Below, piece by piece: positions 54,046 through 55,026 of a DNA stretch of 55,026 nucleotides (its first letter is position 1; each line of letters starts with the position of its first letter). The stretch comes from a virus (lineage: Duplodnaviria; Caudoviricetes): the IMG/VR virus record IMGVR_UViG_3300012665_000831, positions 1 through 55,026 of that record; one strand, written 5' to 3'. The translations under genes and the position numbers were made by a program. The notes beneath the pieces were generated by a model. The model worked only from the letters and a program-made list of their open reading frames with translations, did not search any database and was not told the DNA's origin.

Positions 54046-54440
54046 TCGCTTATCGCCTTTCTAAAAATAATTTCTTGCCTTGCAAACGCATCTCGTTCCC
54101 AGGGCTGATCCAAATACGGGGTCTTCTTACTGTACTTAGTACCATTCCAATAAGTATTACCTTTAACCATTTTAAGAATACCTTTAGCCATTTGGCGAAC
54201 GTGTACCATTTCGTGTGCTAATGTTAAACCAATATCTTTTAACTTCATTGGTTTAACAATAACCACATAGCTGTCCAAGCCATGCAACGGTACAGTCATT
54301 CCCATACCCTCGCACTCTTTTGCAATTCGGACAAGAAGTGTTTTTCGGCTATTAGCCAAACCCAATTGTTTAATCATACTAGGAAGAATTGCTTTAACAA
54401 ACTCTGCCTTTTTTGGGTAACCTTCTACAAGATATTGCAT
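54042..54440 (-). CDS. HExxH metallopeptidase-like protein
   Basis: TLAHEMVHVRQ...YLDQPWERDA. Confidence 0.78.
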   Translation of the reverse strand: MQYLVEGYPKKAEFVKAILPSMIKQLGLANSRKTLLVRIAKECEGMGMTVPLHGLDSYVVIVKPMKLKDIGLTLAHEMVHVRQMAKGILKMVKGNTYWNGTKYSKKTPYLDQPWERDAFARQEIIFRKAISE

Positions 54441-54469
54441 TTGATGCCTTTGTTGCTGTATATGTGTAT

Positions 54470-54498
54470 ATTATAGCACCAAATTTTGGCTACGTCAA
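54470..54498 (-). promoter_or_regulatory. sigma70 promoter
   Basis: TTGACG-N17-TATAAT. Confidence 0.8.
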
Positions 54499-54501
54499 CC
54501 T

Positions 54502-54528
54502 AAAAAAATAGCACCCGAAGGTGCTATT
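54502..54528 (-). terminator. Rho-independent terminator with cUUCGg loop
   Basis: AATAGCACC-TTCG-GGTGCTATT-TTTTT. Confidence 0.88.
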
Positions 54529-54545
54529 CAAAAACAATGTTTTTA

Positions 54546-55026
54546 TCAAAGAGCGTAACGATCACTCATTACAGTCTTCAACATGATGCCTTCTGGAGTG
54601 AACTGGTCCAAATCAGCGGCTAGCAAGCTAGTCATGATTGATGGGCTAAATCCACTTACCAATGCGGCACCACTCTTGTCAGCCTTAACAGGCACGTTAT
54701 CTGAACTGTTTAGGTTCCAGAAAACAATCTGTGGCATGCTGTAGCCTGCGGCTTCGAACTTGCGTTCGATCATTTCCATTGCGCTGTCGTCGAAACGGGC
54801 GCATTGGTTGAACTGCATGTCTGACAAGATCAGCAACATGGCTGGCATGTCGCTTGCTGGTACATTGCCCTTAACTGCAACGCTTAGGATCTTGTCCATA
54901 GCGGCATGCAAGTTAGTGCTCATTTCCCAGTCGCTCTTAGACATTTGGGTTACCTTGTCAACAATGTTACCCTTTAGAGTAACCAGTTGTGGCTTGCTTG
55001 AGAAAGTCAAGAATGTGTCCTTGAAC
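54546..55026 (-). CDS. C-terminal vWA part of a DUF2828 / TROVE(Ro60)-like protein (5' end outside window)
   Basis: FLTFSSKP, STNL, LILSDMQF, PQIVFWNL, ALVSGFSP. Confidence 0.8.
   Translation of the reverse strand, partial: FKDTFLTFSSKPQLVTLKGNIVDKVTQMSKSDWEMSTNLHAAMDKILSVAVKGNVPASDMPAMLLILSDMQFNQCARFDDSAMEMIERKFEAAGYSMPQIVFWNLNSSDNVPVKADKSGAALVSGFSPSIMTSLLAADLDQFTPEGIMLKTVMSDRYAL

Noticed and set aside
1-55026. Stop-codon reassignment as in some large phages
   Set aside because: The standard code gives dense, intact, tightly coupled ORFs, and TAA, TGA and TAG all end genes at plausible positions.
1-55026. CRISPR array, DGR, intron/intein, integrase or transposase
   Set aside because: No regularly spaced DNA repeats, reverse transcriptase, homing endonuclease, intein or recombinase motifs were seen by eye.

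Overview
AT-rich, gene-dense fragment of a large tailed dsDNA phage genome with T4-like structural and regulatory hallmarks; most genes are on the minus strand. A proteobacterial host is inferred from the ErpA, entericidin and DctP homologues. 1-11.8 kb: two virion/fibre proteins with T4 gp9/gp10-type N-termini, one a 3485-aa protein with phycobiliprotein-like CxRD helical repeats and a C-terminal autocleaving chaperone. 11.8-24 kb: ErpA, B12-radical SAM, UvsE, QueD with a preQ1-I-like leader RNA, a fibre-like protein and a sugar-modification cassette. 24-37 kb: early genes under consensus sigma70 promoters (MazG-like, ATP-dependent DNA ligase, ClpP, lipoproteins, metallophosphoesterase, IF-1) and a 100-nt tRNA-Leu-like RNA whose anticodon loop is replaced by a cUUCGg hairpin. 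38-52 kb: a ~14-kb enzyme island with four PP-loop/asparagine-synthetase-like ATPases, two acyl desaturases, a fatty-acid hydroxylase, a B12-radical SAM, three GNAT-like proteins, two 2OG-Fe(II)-like oxygenases, a flavin oxidoreductase and a signal-less TRAP solute-binding protein, organised around divergent T4-type late promoters. 52-55 kb: kinase, phosphatases and a vWA-containing protein. Recurrent regulatory patterns are TAAATA-N4/5-ATG (probably leaderless late mRNAs) and hairpins pairing the late promoter region with the RBS/start codon. All calls rest on motif recognition by eye; no database searches were run.
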